64,000 nt of DNA. Source: Eledone cirrhosa. Taxonomy: Eukaryota. Under the pieces are notes generated by a model, which saw only the letters and a list, made by a program, of their open reading frames with translations, ran no database searches and was not told the DNA's origin. The stretch lies in contig OZ024742.1 in assembly GCA_964016885.1 (NCBI GenBank), positions 133,486,001 through 133,550,000 of the forward strand. Reading direction: 5' to 3'. This document shows positions 1 to 14,502 of the stretch, piece by piece. Positions within the stretch are counted from its first letter, which is position 1. Every line of letters starts with the position of its first letter. Both the position numbers and the translations under genes were made by a program.

Positions 1-88
1 TATATATATATATACATATATATATGTCCCAAGGCTCTGATACCATCAACACTATAAACACAGAGCTGGCATATCTAAGAACTGACTA

Positions 89-142
89 ACTGCCTGATGA
101 GGTCATAGCCATTCAATGGCTATCATCGAAATATATAGCAGT
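89..142 (+). ncRNA. Minimal type I hammerhead ribozyme (Penelope-type)
   Basis: ACTGC-CTGATGA-[GGTCATAGCCAT TCA ATGGCTATCATC, 12-bp stem II with one C-C mismatch]-GAAA-TATA-TA|GCAGT. Stem I ACTGC/GCAGT, palindromic loop III, AATAAA just downstream, whole unit embedded in (TA)n. Confidence 0.85.
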
Positions 143-160
143 AAATAAAGGATTGTTTCG

Positions 161-204
<44 letters not shown>

Positions 205-211
<7 letters not shown>

Positions 212-899
212 GTGAGGTTTTTTTTTTACAAAATGAAAAATAACCGAGGTGTCCTACACGAGTGAAAGTATAAAGAAAAAGAGATGAAATCGAAAATGCA
301 ACTGAAGTCTTATTTTTTTTTTAAATATATATATTTATTTGGTTCCTTTACCGGTTTCGCAGTTCTTCTGCTTTTCAAAAGGTGAGTTGAGATGGAGGGT
401 CTGTGGTTTTTCTCACATCTGGTTAGTCTCTGAATGTTACTTGTTTTATATGGAAAAAGTGGCTCGAAATTCCAGGTTAATTTTTTGCTTAAACTTTAAT
501 CTGTTATTTTAATAAATATTTGCTCTACGGTTCTTATATATTTGATATATATTTTCCTTATCGAGCCCTCTTTGGATTTTAGTCTTCAATTTTATTATTA
601 TTACTATCAAGACTGTAATGCAGCAAAGCATTTAAACACTCGTGAGAGGAGCCATTTCAATATTAGATAGAAATAACAACGAGGAACTTAGGAATGATGG
701 ACTGAAGCGCAAATATGACATAAAAAGAAATAGGCTCTTGGTTGTCTTAGAATAATTGAAAAAACATGTGATTGTAAACAAAACAAACGGAGAAGAGCAG
801 AGAATTAAACAATTTCCTTCGCGGAAATGAATGGAGGATTAAAAAGGTGATGGTCCTAAATGACCATCAGTTGAATTTTCGATTTCATCTCTTTTTCTT

Positions 900-903
<4 letters not shown>
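205..903 (-). mobile_element. Penelope-like element 3' remnant with short inverted terminal copy
   Basis: Contains the minus-strand hammerhead; 269-305 and 868-903 are an inverted repeat with 1 mismatch; flanked by (TA)n on both sides. Confidence 0.45.
345..382 (-). ncRNA. Minimal type I hammerhead ribozyme with variant U3/A8 core
   Basis: Minus strand CCTT-TTGAAAA-GCAG AAGAA CTGC-GAAA-CCGG-TA|AAGG. Stems I and II are perfect, loop III is palindromic CCGG, followed by AATAAA. Confidence 0.7.
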
Positions 904-930
<27 letters not shown>

Positions 931-2279
931 GTATGTAAATATATATATAAATATATATATAAATATATACACACATATATATAATACCATATATAAAAGG
1001 ATAAAACCTCCGTTAGGAATTAAGTGTTCATACGTACATCATGTATGAAGAAAAATATGAAACACAGAAATGTTGCTCTGGAAATTTAGTGTTGTAACTA
1101 TCTGTTAAAATGCAATGCCCATATTATAGTTGACATATTTCGTGAAGATATCTTGAAGAAATAAACATTCTTGAGATATGACGATTGTAATATCTACTGA
1201 AATAATAACCAAAAATGTGAATAATGAATAAATTGTGATACCCGTAGTATAATATGGACTCAACAGCTTTAGTGCACAGAAAACTAGACACCTTAATTAT
1301 GAGAAAATATAAACAGGATATGGCGTATTACATAACTATACGGAATAACATCATAACATAAAAAGTAGATATTACATTGGATCGCTCCCAATCGACTCGT
1401 AAATAATTTAAATGTTGATGAATGGCTATAATCACAATTTACAAAAATGTCAATTTACACTTGCTCATCTAATATCAGAATAAGACGACCGGATGTCTAA
1501 AGTAATCAGCATCATTGATTGATGAGTATTTCGTTACTAATATGACTGTTTGGCAACCTTAAATTAGATCGTTATCCTGATCTGACGAATTGTGAATAGT
1601 GAAATTGTTACACATCTCTATATGTGATTAAAAGAGTAAAGATTAGTTGATTCAGCCAATTTAGAACATAGAATTATTTAGTGATTGAATCGCATTGAAT
1701 ATTTGTATCGTGTAATTAACCAAATGTATTTCATCTAAAGTAATTTAAGAAGTTTATCCCTTGGAGAAAACATACGGACTTAGCAAATGTAGGATCGGTG
1801 ATTGTGTCATAATTATGAATCATTGTAAATTCATGTACTCAGTACCAAATATAAATCTTAGTCACACCTTCTAATTGTCCAACTTTGTCAGGAGAAGGTG
1901 ATAATGAACCAAAAAATGACAAAGATCCAAATCCTAATTATACTCGCTAATTTACCCAGAAGATAAAATGAGATTACAATGTATATATTACAAAAGGTGT
2001 CCACCGTATTCCAAGTATTTGGAGCTCTTTAAAAGTCGTGCAAATACAAGTGTTCTTCTGGGTGTCTGTTTCAGGATTTCGACCTAATCAATAAAAGCTG
2101 AGGATCGAAAACTCTCTCAGCAAGAGAAACGATTGTACCTAAAGGGCTTGTTAAGTGCAATGACTATCTATATATCATGTTTGTTCGCACTCACTGAATG
2201 CCCTACAAGAGCTTAGCACCTTTTACCAAATAACACTACAACATAATATACTTAGATAGACACATAGACATTCACATAT

Positions 2280-2306
2280 GTTTGTGTGTGTATATATGTG
2301 TGTATA

Positions 2307-2395
<89 letters not shown>

Positions 2396-2435
2396 ATATG
2401 AACACGTACGCATACACACACATGTATATATATAT
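2280..2435. repeat. (TG)n/(TA)n compound microsatellite
   Basis: Direct reading; explains the poly-YI ORFs. Confidence 0.95.
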
Positions 2436-2749
2436 TCTATTTTATATCAATGTGAACTGCTATTTCTAATGGCCATCTTTTCACCCCTTGATAATTTGTG
2501 TGTAAGACACGTTGGCTGAGAGCTGACAGGAACGAAAAGATTGATTCTTTTTAGCTTCCCGTCCCCGCGTAAAATTTGTAAATCAGTGGCTAGTTGAGAG
2601 ATAGAGTCCTATTTGGTGCCAGTTGCTAATAGCTTTACCGTGTCAGTCGTCACAAACAGTCATGACCGGCATCGACTGCTCTTAGGATTCTGTCGATCGA
2701 TTGGTTATTGATTAAGCGATACTCGCTGATGAAGCCGCATAAGCCGATT

Positions 2750-2900
2750 GTGCATTGTTGCATAATATATGCAGACAGATGGTGCAGTGCTCATTACTGC
2801 TGCATTAGTGCGGCAGAAACTCAAGTCCGGGACCCTTATAGGCACCCGTTTTACGTGTGTTGTGTTGAAGAAAATAACTTTGTGCATACTCTGGTAATGT
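2750..2900 (+). pseudogene. Possible Tc1/mariner transposase remnant
   Basis: With frameshifts reads Q-T-D-G-A-x-A-H-Y...V-R-Q-K-L, resembling the QQDGAPAH..VR motif at the second catalytic Asp. Short and degenerate. Confidence 0.25.
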
Positions 2901-3000
2901 ATCTTACATTGGCCATAGAGTGCGCTGAGATAAAACTGGTAATGGCATTGATAAATATGCTGTGTCCGTCAACCATTATTATATATATATATATATTAAG

Positions 3001-3185
3001 GGCGGTGAATTGGCATTATCGGTAGAGGGTTGGACGCCATATTTCTAGCATAGTTACGTCCCCTTACAGTGTGAGTTCAAATCCCGCCGAGGTTAACTTT
3101 GCCTTTCATCCTTACGGGGTCGATAAAATAAAGTACCAGTAATGTACTGGGTAATTGCTGGCCTTGTGCCTAAAGTTGAAACAAT

Positions 3186-3189
<4 letters not shown>
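3001..3189 (+). mobile_element. tRNA-derived SINE, family A (Deu/Nin-like core)
   Basis: A-box-like TGGCATTATCGG, B-box GAGTTCAAATCC, core GCCTTTCATCCTTACGGGGTCGATAAAATAAAGTACCAG, (TTA) tail; many near-identical copies in the window. Confidence 0.9.
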
Positions 3190-3606
<417 letters not shown>

Positions 3607-3611
3607 GCGAA

Positions 3612-3775
3612 GGCGCATGGCTTAGTGGTTAGAGCATTGGGCTTGCAAACGAAAGGTTCAATTCTCGAAGTGGTGATGTGTTGTTTCCTTGAGCAAGACA
3701 CTCTATTTCACGCTGCTCCAGCTTAGTCAGCTGTAGAAATGAGATGATAGGACTGGGGTCCCTCTCATTAAATTA
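3612..3775 (+). mobile_element. tRNA-derived SINE, family B
   Basis: GGCGCATGGCTTAGTGGTTAGAGC (A box) ... GGTTCAATTC (B box) ... CCTTGAGCAAGACAC core-like segment; different from family A. Confidence 0.7.
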
Positions 3776-3831
3776 CCCAAGATACCTCTAACTTGGAGGA
3801 GGCCAGCTGAATCGGTATATGTGTGAGCTGT

Positions 3832-3870
<39 letters not shown>

Positions 3871-4987
3871 TTATATATATATATGTGTGTGTGTGTGTGT
3901 ATGAGTGTGTGTGAGTCTATGCGTGTATATGTGTTCGTGTGTGTGTGTGTTTGTGTATGTACAAGGAGAGGTCAAGGGTAGCACGAAAGGAAACCTTGCA
4001 ATAGTATGAATGATACTATACTCCTTCCCTCATGCAACAACATATTTGCCATAATATATGGACTGGATTAATATTACTTATAGATAATGATATACGTAGC
4101 TGATATCTGTCTGAATATGTCATTGAAGTATCGTGGCTGGTAAGAGGACCTTACACAGTTTTGAGATTACGGATTGATAAACTTTGCAAAGGAAAAAAGA
4201 TATGTACTGCCTCACTAGAAATACGCTCACTTATTGACAATAAAACAACTCATAGTGAAATGATGGCTAGGGAGTTAGTTTACATAGAAGCATGTATGTT
4301 TTCCCTTGGGTTCTGTGTGAGTTTATGAGTGTTTGCATGTGTATTTCTGTATGTGTGCGTGTATGAGCGTGTGTGTTTCTATATGTGAGTTTGTCATTAT
4401 GAGTGTATGTGAGTATCATACAAAGTGAGATAGAGAAAACCTTGCGAATAGTATTTTATATAGATTGTATCGGTCTTTCAAAGGGAACAAAATGGCAAAT
4501 ATAATGTGTTGAGTTGAACCTGTAATATACTAATTTGTTAATTGGATACTTTGCCTTTATCTGTAAGCACTTTAGTATAATTCATTTTTTTCATTCCACT
4601 GTAAATGATGCTGATCACATGTGTACAATACTTATTTGCCTGTGTACATATGCATTTTCTAAATAAATGTATAAATATGTTTACGCACAGAAGACATTAC
4701 CTATGTACATGCATATAAATACGCTAATGAATATATTTGAACTGTTAGAATCCAAACATTTCAAATTTCATATCATCCAAGCTCTGCGATAAAAAATAAG
4801 ATTCTTACATACATTATTAAGCGGGAGCTTGACGTATTGGTAATGTACTCGGCCGTAATTCGAGAAATTATGTTCATTTTGCTCTAGTGGCTGCTGGCCA
4901 ATTTTTTCATCGCCTAGGCTTTTTTTGAAATTATTATTTTTATGGCTACTTTGATATTTGCATTTCATATTTAACATTTAAAATCAT

Positions 4988-5329
4988 TTAACGCTTTAGC
5001 CAGAATTCTCTCACCTCTTTCTGTTAAAACCAGTTGTAACTGGCCACTCATACTGACGCTAAGGTATTGTTATCAAAAGAGAAATCTAAATACTAAAGGT
5101 TTAACCCTTTAGCATTTACATTACTCTCTATAAAGTATTGTATTTTCATCGCAACGGCTTTATCTTACAGAACTATCTCACACAATATCGAATCTATGAG
5201 ATTTTGATATTATTTATTTTGAGAAAAATACCATAACATTAGTGTGAGTGGCCAGTTACGGCCAGTTTGAGCAGAAAGAGATGAGAGAATTGTGGCCAGA
5301 TATGGCCAGTTTAAATGCTAAAGGGTTCA
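4988..5329. mobile_element. piggyBac-type MITE pair joined at TTAA
   Basis: TTAA|CCCTTTAGCATTTA (5101-5118) ... TAAATGCTAAAGGG|TTCA (5312-5329); a second, decayed inverted copy at 4988-5104 shares the central TTAA. Confidence 0.7.
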
Positions 5330-5889
5330 TCGCCTCGATAAATCATGTTTTATGCATACATATATATATATATATATATGGGTATAGTCTATTGTCATAA
5401 TCCGATAGTCTATTGTCACATACACGATAGTTTACATTCAAGATAAAGATATGTTTTTCATACATTTTCCGCAGGCTTTGAAGTATATATGAGGGACAGA
5501 AATAAGTAGAGTATAGAAATCGTCCAAAAACTTAACTGTAATTCGTTCCACTCAGAGAGGTAAGTTCGATTCTCACTAAGCAAACTGTGTTAGATTTTGA
5601 ACGCGAAAATACGAAATTTACATTCCTAAAAGCAAACAAATATAGGATAAGAAATGGAAAATGCTTGCTTCTGCACAGTTGTAATAAGACTTGCTTTGGC
5701 GATATACGTGTTTTCTTTGGATAAATCAATAAAAGAAAATTCTTGATACAATAAATGCTTTTTTCCAAAATTTCATGTCATTTTTATTAGATTCCCAGAT
5801 ATTGAAGTAGAGACTTTTTCATTTTATTTTTAGAAGTCTTTGAATATGTTTTTCTTCTCTTCACTATACTTACGTTTATTTTTTCTTAA

Positions 5890-6089
<200 letters not shown>

Positions 6090-9000
6090 ACTGGCAATTA
6101 TACTTACCTTCCATAATAACAGTAGATATTTATTAGCATGATGTAGATTTTTTAACGACAAAAATGCAAACCCACTAAATTCAATATATATTGAGATATT
6201 TTCTGTGTAACTAATCCGCATAAACCTATAACCCCGACGACATAATACAAATACCGAATTTAGTACTACTAACATTCTGCAAAAAAAGAAATACCTCTAC
6301 TTATTCGATAACACGTACTTGTTGAAAACGCAAACCGAAATCACATGTTTCAAAGTTTTTCTCGTGATCTCTCTATGTACCTAAATAAAGAAAAAATAAT
6401 ATTGACATTCATATTTCTGTCTTCATTCATAAAGAGTTCACATTTGTTTACACAGAGAGGACAAGTTTATATAACACGTCATTATAATCGCATGATGGAT
6501 GCTAATATATGAGTTATTTCTAATAAGATATAGAGCACTTTAGAGAAGTAAGTTTGCTTATAATTGAACCTATGCCCAGTATAGCCAACAATTTTGTTAA
6601 TAATTCAATTACCCATATAAATGTCTTTATAGACATATCGAATTTCAAATACAAAGGCTGTTTTTAATAAACACGTTTAACTCAAATAAATACATATACC
6701 TATCTGCACTTGCTTATTATAAAAACGCAAATCATAATACTGAATGTCCGAATAAATGCCATATAGGTTTCCAATTGAAGAAAAGTTTATTCAATAAATA
6801 AATCAACGTGTTATCTGAATATGTGCACCCACAATTCTAGATACGTCCTCACTTAAATCTGTAATATATTTCAATAGATCATGGATATCTTACGATGTTT
6901 AATAGAAACGCAAATACGGCAGTTTATTCAAGCTTTAAATAATATGTCATATTACGATTTTAATTCATATTACTAAACAGGATTATATCGGACGCAACTT
7001 ATGAAGTTTTTGTTTTCATTTATCAATTTATTGATACATTTTAGACACATTAAATAATATTTGGTGCATGATTCTTCAAAAGTTTAATTTAAAACTTAAA
7101 TTTAGAATTTATTGTAAATATTTTAAGTTGAACTAGCTTTAATTGAATACGCATAAATCCGTGATTATTGTACTTTTTCCTTTAAAATAACTTCCTTATA
7201 TATATTGAAATGTTTGATTAGCGAAGTAAAGTTTAACAAAAAAGAAATAGTATGATATCGTATTTATGTATTCCGTTTTTATTTTGCATCATTTTCAATC
7301 AATCTCTACGATGTAATCATATTGCACTTTGTATGATTTTTACTCCAACACGATTGAAAATATACATATATTTCTTCTTACATATATACTGTACACATAT
7401 GTGTATAAGATGACAAAACAATTAACTGTAACACATTCTACACCAACATATATTACAAACAATATGTGAGTATGGTGCCATTGTTGATAAATAGAATATC
7501 ATACACAGAGAAGAAGGAAGCTCTCGAATGATTTTTTCTTGTGTATTAACAGACGCTTCTTATATCGTTGGCTCAATCGAATTAATACTTCATATGTATA
7601 GGTCAGGTTGACGACAACAGAACATACGAAAAAGAAACAATCCATATGAAAGTAACTATGAACAACCTATAGCGATGCGAAATATATCAGCCCTTTTAAT
7701 ATTGCTTCCTCCAGAATCAATATTTCCTACTGCCATTCTTTCTGATATAATTTTCATTATTTTACCAACTTTATGTGATATTATTTTACCCTCTTACAAT
7801 ATCGACTGAGAGTTTTCAAAGAGATTGACGCTAAACTGTATGATCTCATAAACTGATAAACAATAATCTGTTCACTTTTTTCCCTCTCAAATGAAATATA
7901 AACATAGTAAAATTAAACATTAAAACATTTCACACACAATAACCATTAAATACGCCACACAATTTCTGTTGTACTGCTGTTAGTAGAGCAGTTGCTGCTG
8001 TTGATGCTATTTCTTCTGTTACGAGCTATAATGATTTTTGGCTTTTGTGAAAAATGTCATGATTATTTAAGAGAAGAGACCATTCAATTGAATTAACATA
8101 ATGTTCAGCTGCTAAAATTCCGATCGACATCCAATTTCTCAATACCAGAGATGGTTTTGTAAAGATTTAAAGACGAATTTATACAAAAGTAGATACGTTA
8201 GACGTATGCCGCATTCAGGATGACATCTCTATAACATAAGCAGTGACTACAGAACTATAAAAATATTTCAAAACAAACCAGTCTTCTGCTAAATAAAACA
8301 ACATCAACAAAAGAAAAAAAAACAATGAAAACTTGTTTTGTATATAACACACTACTAATCAAGAATAGGAAAGTAACTAATTACAAATCAAGAGAAAGTA
8401 TTAAATAACAAAATTACTCTTCTACAGAATCAACATCCAAATAAATATCACCTGACATAAGACAGAGAATTATATAAGCTATATGTGCTACTATAATGTC
8501 AATCACTATCAAACACACTTCACATTCCACCAACAGTACCAAATCATTTAAGACAACATTATAAAACGATAAAACAGAGCACATCAGAATCACACACCAA
8601 ACAATTGTACATATTCCACAAAACAGGAGGAACACGAAAATACTAAAATATGTAAACAATGACTTAGTGTACCAATGCAAGTGTACATCACGACACACAA
8701 TGCTATACTGCATGTTTACTAAATGAAGCAGAAACTTGCTCAAAAATTTTCCAAACATGATGAAATGTACTAATGAGGATAATAAAGGTTTCTGATTTTT
8801 TTACGAAATCTCCAACTAGTGGAGGTGGGGCATTAACATTTTAATACAACACTAATGCAGTGCTACTACGTCTAGTTATGACATATTAGTAACACTGCTT
8901 CTAATATTCCACAGTACATATGAGCATATTAAAAGATGCCTGGTGCATTCCTCTCTGTGTTGCTGGAAAAGAGCTATTTGTTAGGATTAAATTCGGATGG

Positions 9001-9882
9001 AATACAAATTTGGTTGGTTGCGAATTTGTTTGTTTTCCTAGGTTGCCTTAGTCATTGCATTCAAATGTAAACCAACGTGTCTGGATCTTTGTTTACTGGA
9101 AGTTGCTATTGATTTTGCATGTGTTTCTGTAATATGGTTTTTGATGTTACCATGGTAATGATATTATGCGTTGCCATGGTGTTTTCTATGTGTATGCTAC
9201 AATGCTGATAATGCTCATATTTTTATTGACATTTGTTTCGTTTGTTTATACTGTAATGTAGGTGTGGCTTAGGTTATCCGCATAATGATGAAGATTTAAA
9301 TGAAGGTTGTCATAGTGATATCAGCAATACTGGTGTTCGTTGATGCCACTCATTACAGCATAATTATTTTTTGAAGCAATATGATGGACCTTATTCAATG
9401 TGTTTCTTACCAGTAGTAATTCATCCATCTAATGATTGTGTTTGAGATATTTGCTCTTATTAGTTTTAACTAATGGTGTCACCATTCAAACAAACCGAAG
9501 ATAACTTCATTGCAATCACTAATACAGTAAAGTCGTTTAATATTACGTAGACGAGAATTCAGAGATGTATGCAAAAGCTCACTCATGATACGATAGTAAA
9601 TATTATTTCTTTTCTCCTTTGAGCCGTAAGTCATGAGGGAGTCGTTATGGCACACAGCGTTCTGGGACGTCTTAAGACTGGTAAATCTCACCCCTCTCCT
9701 CTTCTGATTTCTTACAGAGACGGACAGAGGTAGGAAGTGAGATAGACATAGAGGACGAATCAACCTTACTACTAGACCGGTACTCTTTTGATAGAACTCA
9801 AAATGATGAAAGCAGAAAACCGGAACGAATTTCACAAAGCATTTTATCCCTCGTTCTAACGATTGTGTCAATTTGCTGCCTG

Positions 9883-9946
<64 letters not shown>

Positions 9947-10118
9947 CAGGAAAGAAGGTTAACATGGTTTGCTATACAAAAAAGGTTTAATCACATAGCT
10001 TACATTTGTTTCACTGAGCTGGCAGGTCTAGAGATCGCTATTCGCTTATTTTGGCGTTACTCGATCGCCAATACAAAATTAACTAGGTGGACTGCATTTA
10101 ACTATTATTTGTTACCCC

Positions 10119-10162
<44 letters not shown>

Positions 10163-10606
10163 ATTGAGAAAGGCGAGGCTGTGTGGTTACTGATAACGAT
10201 TGTTAGAAGGTAAGGCGACACAAACAAGAGATGGAAGTTTCCCTTCGTCAGCTGTTTGCTAGGGGTCATGGATGTTTCGTGCTTTACAAACAGAATATCT
10301 ATCCATAGCGCGCCCATAGCCTTTTAACTATCAAAAAGCCATGAGTGAAAGAAGTTATAGCGAAAAGAGAGAAATAAAGCAAAAAAAGGGGAGAAGAAAA
10401 AGGAAATAAAGATGTGAACATACCGATAGAAGAGGGAACACAGGTCAATGGCACATTTAAGTGTGTAACCAAAGAGAAAATAGATATTAAAAAGCCGTTG
10501 GATTTAAGCCCGGGGACTATAATAACAGAGGAGCTAGGTAAATTTATGTCTATTCTCAATAAAGTTAGTTCAGAGAGAGAGAGAGAGATAGAGGGGGGAC
10601 GGAGCG

Positions 10607-10673
<67 letters not shown>

Positions 10674-11025
10674 TAATCCACACATGTTATATATGACTTC
10701 AGTCGGGCTGCTTTGACTGACAAATTCGGAGAACTAATATGTACCAACATTTATATGCTTACGTATGTTTGTTAACAATTTCAAGTAACTTTCGTACATT
10801 GCAGCTACGCTATTATTTTTTTCTTCTCTTGCCGTTTTTGGTTAATCATATGGAAAAAAACATTGCAGATTTGACTATACTCTCATTTTATATATTTAAA
10901 AGTAGATAGATCCTATATAAAAAAAAAGCAATCCATTAAATGAAAAGAAAATACTCTTAAGTTTAGCATCTCGAGAGAGCAAAGATAGCTGCCAACGTGT
11001 GCTAGATTATATTATGATGAAATAT

Positions 11026-11216
11026 GCCGGTGGATAGGCAGTGACGGTAGAGGGTCGGAAACTATGTTTTCCAGCATAGAGTTATGTCCCTTTACGGTAT
11101 GAGTTCAAATCCCGCCGATGTTAACGTTGCCTTTCATCTTTACGGGGTCGATAAAATAAAGTACCATTAATGCACCGGGATAATTGCTGGCCTTGTGCCA
11201 AAAGTAGAAACAACTA
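11026..11216 (+). mobile_element. SINE family A
   Basis: Full-length match by eye to 3001-3189. Confidence 0.9.
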
Positions 11217-12689
11217 TAAGAGATATGATGGTAGTTACCCACAAGCGTACTGATGCAAGTTTATTTCAATTGTTTTAATCGTAATTATTGATTATTTCTA
11301 GGACAGTTTAACTCTGATTAATTAGACTAGGTGTAAGACCAAGTGCATTCTATCCATAGGAATCCTGCCTTATATCAATACTTTGGGTGTAGTTGATGGC
11401 ATGTTGCATTCTCGACTTCTTAGCTTATGATCGCATCAAGCGTTATGGAACATGTGGTTATATTACTACTGTCGTTCGATTTCGTATCATGGTTGACGTT
11501 TCTGTTGTGCCAATGTTGTTACGATAGTTATTGTTTACTGATGAAGTATTGAAGATGTTTTCAATTATCTGGACATCTTTTTTAATAATGTCTATCGCCG
11601 AAGATATTTTCGTGATGCATTTATATAGTACTAAGAATGTCACACAATTGGCTAAATGTGATCTGCAATTCAATCACAATGAACATACGATAACTTTTCT
11701 TCTTTATGAAATCTCTGTACACTTTATAATGCTAGGAATTGTAAATATTTTTGCATATTGCATATCATCCCACGTCTGTTGAATATGCTCCATTAAAGAT
11801 TTGTTAATCCTTTCATGGTATAGAAAATTAAGTAGTCTGACATGCTTTGCATTTAGCAGGTGTACTCTCTCAATCCATTTAAATAGACCCCCACCACACA
11901 CACACATTAACACACACGCACTCGCACACATACGCACACACACACACACAATTTCCGGTATATTTATCTTTATTCAAATCCCTTAGAATTTACAAGAAGA
12001 ATAATCATCCTTCACGATAGAATGCCAACCCCTCCGTGTTCCAATTTAATATGGCCCGACACATACCTTCTCATTCCTCTAATATACGTGGCAATCTTTG
12101 TTATTTCTTCTTCTCTGGTGAGCACCAGTAGTTATTCATCTATATCCATTTGTATATTTATAACCATATGTTATTTCTTTCATATTTTATCTTCTTTTGT
12201 AATGCCTACACATAGTACTGGTTTACCTTGGATAAAACATCTTTATTGATATGATTTACATATGTGCAAGCCTCTTAAGAGATGGTAGCCAGTAAATTGC
12301 TTATGTACAGGGTGTAGAGTGCGAAAGACAAAGCGAAATATAGTAGAATATCTCGACGCAGGATGGTAAGACATATAGAAATATATATCAATAAAGTAGA
12401 TGTGTGAATAGCTTGGCTATGGGTTTCTTTTTTTTTTTTGTTAATCATGGTGACATTATGTCTTCGACGTAAGTGATGTACGTTTTCCACGGTGACAGTA
12501 TTACGAGACTGTTCATTGGTAAATACGATTCCTATCTACCCTCGCACTATATATATATGCACAGTGTATTTTTTTTAAAGCTTTAGATATTGTTGATGGA
12601 AATGTTGCCTAATAATTTCCATCATATGTGAGAGGAGGAAAATGATACTAATAGATTGGCAGATATATCCAAAATGCCCGCCGTAGAAT

Positions 12690-13040
12690 AGCACACATTA
12701 TAACATACCAAGCAAAAACTTTGGTTCAGAAAATTCATGATAGAAGCGAGCTAATGATGGAAATATTTCAGGTCCACTGGCGATGTTGTGTTAAACCGAC
12801 ACGTTTGTAGATGATGTATATGTGAACATTTTAGGGATGTGTAAAGGGAAATGTTAAAACAAGGATCTTTTGCAGTTCACTTGAACTTACGCACTTTGAT
12901 GTATAAAACAAAAGAAAGTGCAAATTTGGGACACTTTCTAACAAGCACACTTCTTATTGAAATACGTTGGTTGAAAATAGATAGAGGAAGAATTTATGAA
13001 GTTGGTATAGTCTAGAAACAAGTCCAAGCGTCGTACAAGA
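12690..13040 (+). pseudogene. Possible mariner transposase remnant
   Basis: TGGTTCAGAAAATTC encodes WFRKF (mariner HTH-region motif); a decayed DEKW..Y.N..RKR-like segment lies near 12995-13032. Heavily disrupted. Confidence 0.25.
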
Positions 13041-13166
13041 AACACAATACATGAATTTGTGTAGAGAGGCATTACAAATAGATGTTACCTTACATATTTC
13101 AGAACAGATTTATTTTCCAAATTCTTAATTATCTACTGTCTAATTTTTCTGCTAAACCGTTAATTA

Positions 13167-13600
<434 letters not shown>

Positions 13601-14194
13601 TCTATATTGCAGTAACCTTCGTAAAACTAAGCCTCTGGCATACTTCTTCAGTCGCATCATGATCTACTGAGAGTGGTTACCTACATTGAGAAATGTACAT
13701 AATTTTGTAGAGGACTAATATAGCTGTTTAAAAAAATATGATTTAAGTGTATGGAGTTTACAAAATCGATAGCAGCGTGATTTCAATTAAGTGCGTAGAG
13801 GAACAAAAATAAACTCTGTGAAGCATTCGATTTAACGTTCTATCATTTTTGCTACTCAGCGGTGTTCAATTTACGATTCATTTTGTCGAGGCTACAAACA
13901 GATTTCTGACTCATTCTGATATTTTCAGCTAAATCAATTCCGACATGTTACAAACGCAAAAGTGCTTGGTAGTTATATAAAATGTAAAATATATTAATTA
14001 ATAATAATAGTTATTTTTTCTTATCATTATTGTAGTTACTCTTATTGTTAATTCTATTTAATAAACTCAGACTTATGAGCCATATACCTAAACCTCACAG
14101 GGTATATACCATCTGCTTAGTTCAACATTTCAATAATGAAAATGAACTATGCTTAAGAAATTTGACTTAGTATAATTAATTATTTCTTATTTTT

Positions 14195-14408
14195 TCTGTT
14201 ATTGCTGCTGTTATTACTATTACTACTACTACTGTTGCTGCTGCTACTGCTGCTGCTGCTGCTGCTACTACTACCACTACTACTATTACTACTACTACTA
14301 CTACTACTAATGTTGCTCCTGCTACTACTACTATTACTACTGTTGCTGCTATTGTTGCTGCTGGTACTACTACTACTGCTCGTGTTGCTATTGATGTTGT
14401 TGCTGCTG

Positions 14409-14449
<41 letters not shown>

Positions 14450-14502
14450 GTTGCTGATATTGCTGCTGCTACTGCTGCTGCTGCTGTTGTTGTTGTTGTT
14501 GA
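14195..14502. repeat. (CTA/CTG/TTG)n trinucleotide microsatellite, continuous with the LINE (CAA)n tail
   Basis: Direct reading; explains the poly-Leu ORF. Confidence 0.95.

Noticed and set aside
1578-1618. CTGACGA...GAAA hammerhead-like string
   Set aside because: No stem I in register with a UH cleavage site.
1020-2145. Possible very old Penelope ORF with a CTGAGGA...GAAACGATTGTA motif near 2098-2138
   Set aside because: Only faint motif echoes; stems I and II are not convincing.
3612-3680. tRNA gene
   Set aside because: A and B boxes are present but there is no cloverleaf; it continues into a SINE body.
9995-10260. Half-hammerhead strings on the minus strand (GAAACAAATGTA near 10000; CTGACGAAGG near 10250)
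   Set aside because: Each lacks its partner half; probably Penelope debris but not supportable as ribozymes.
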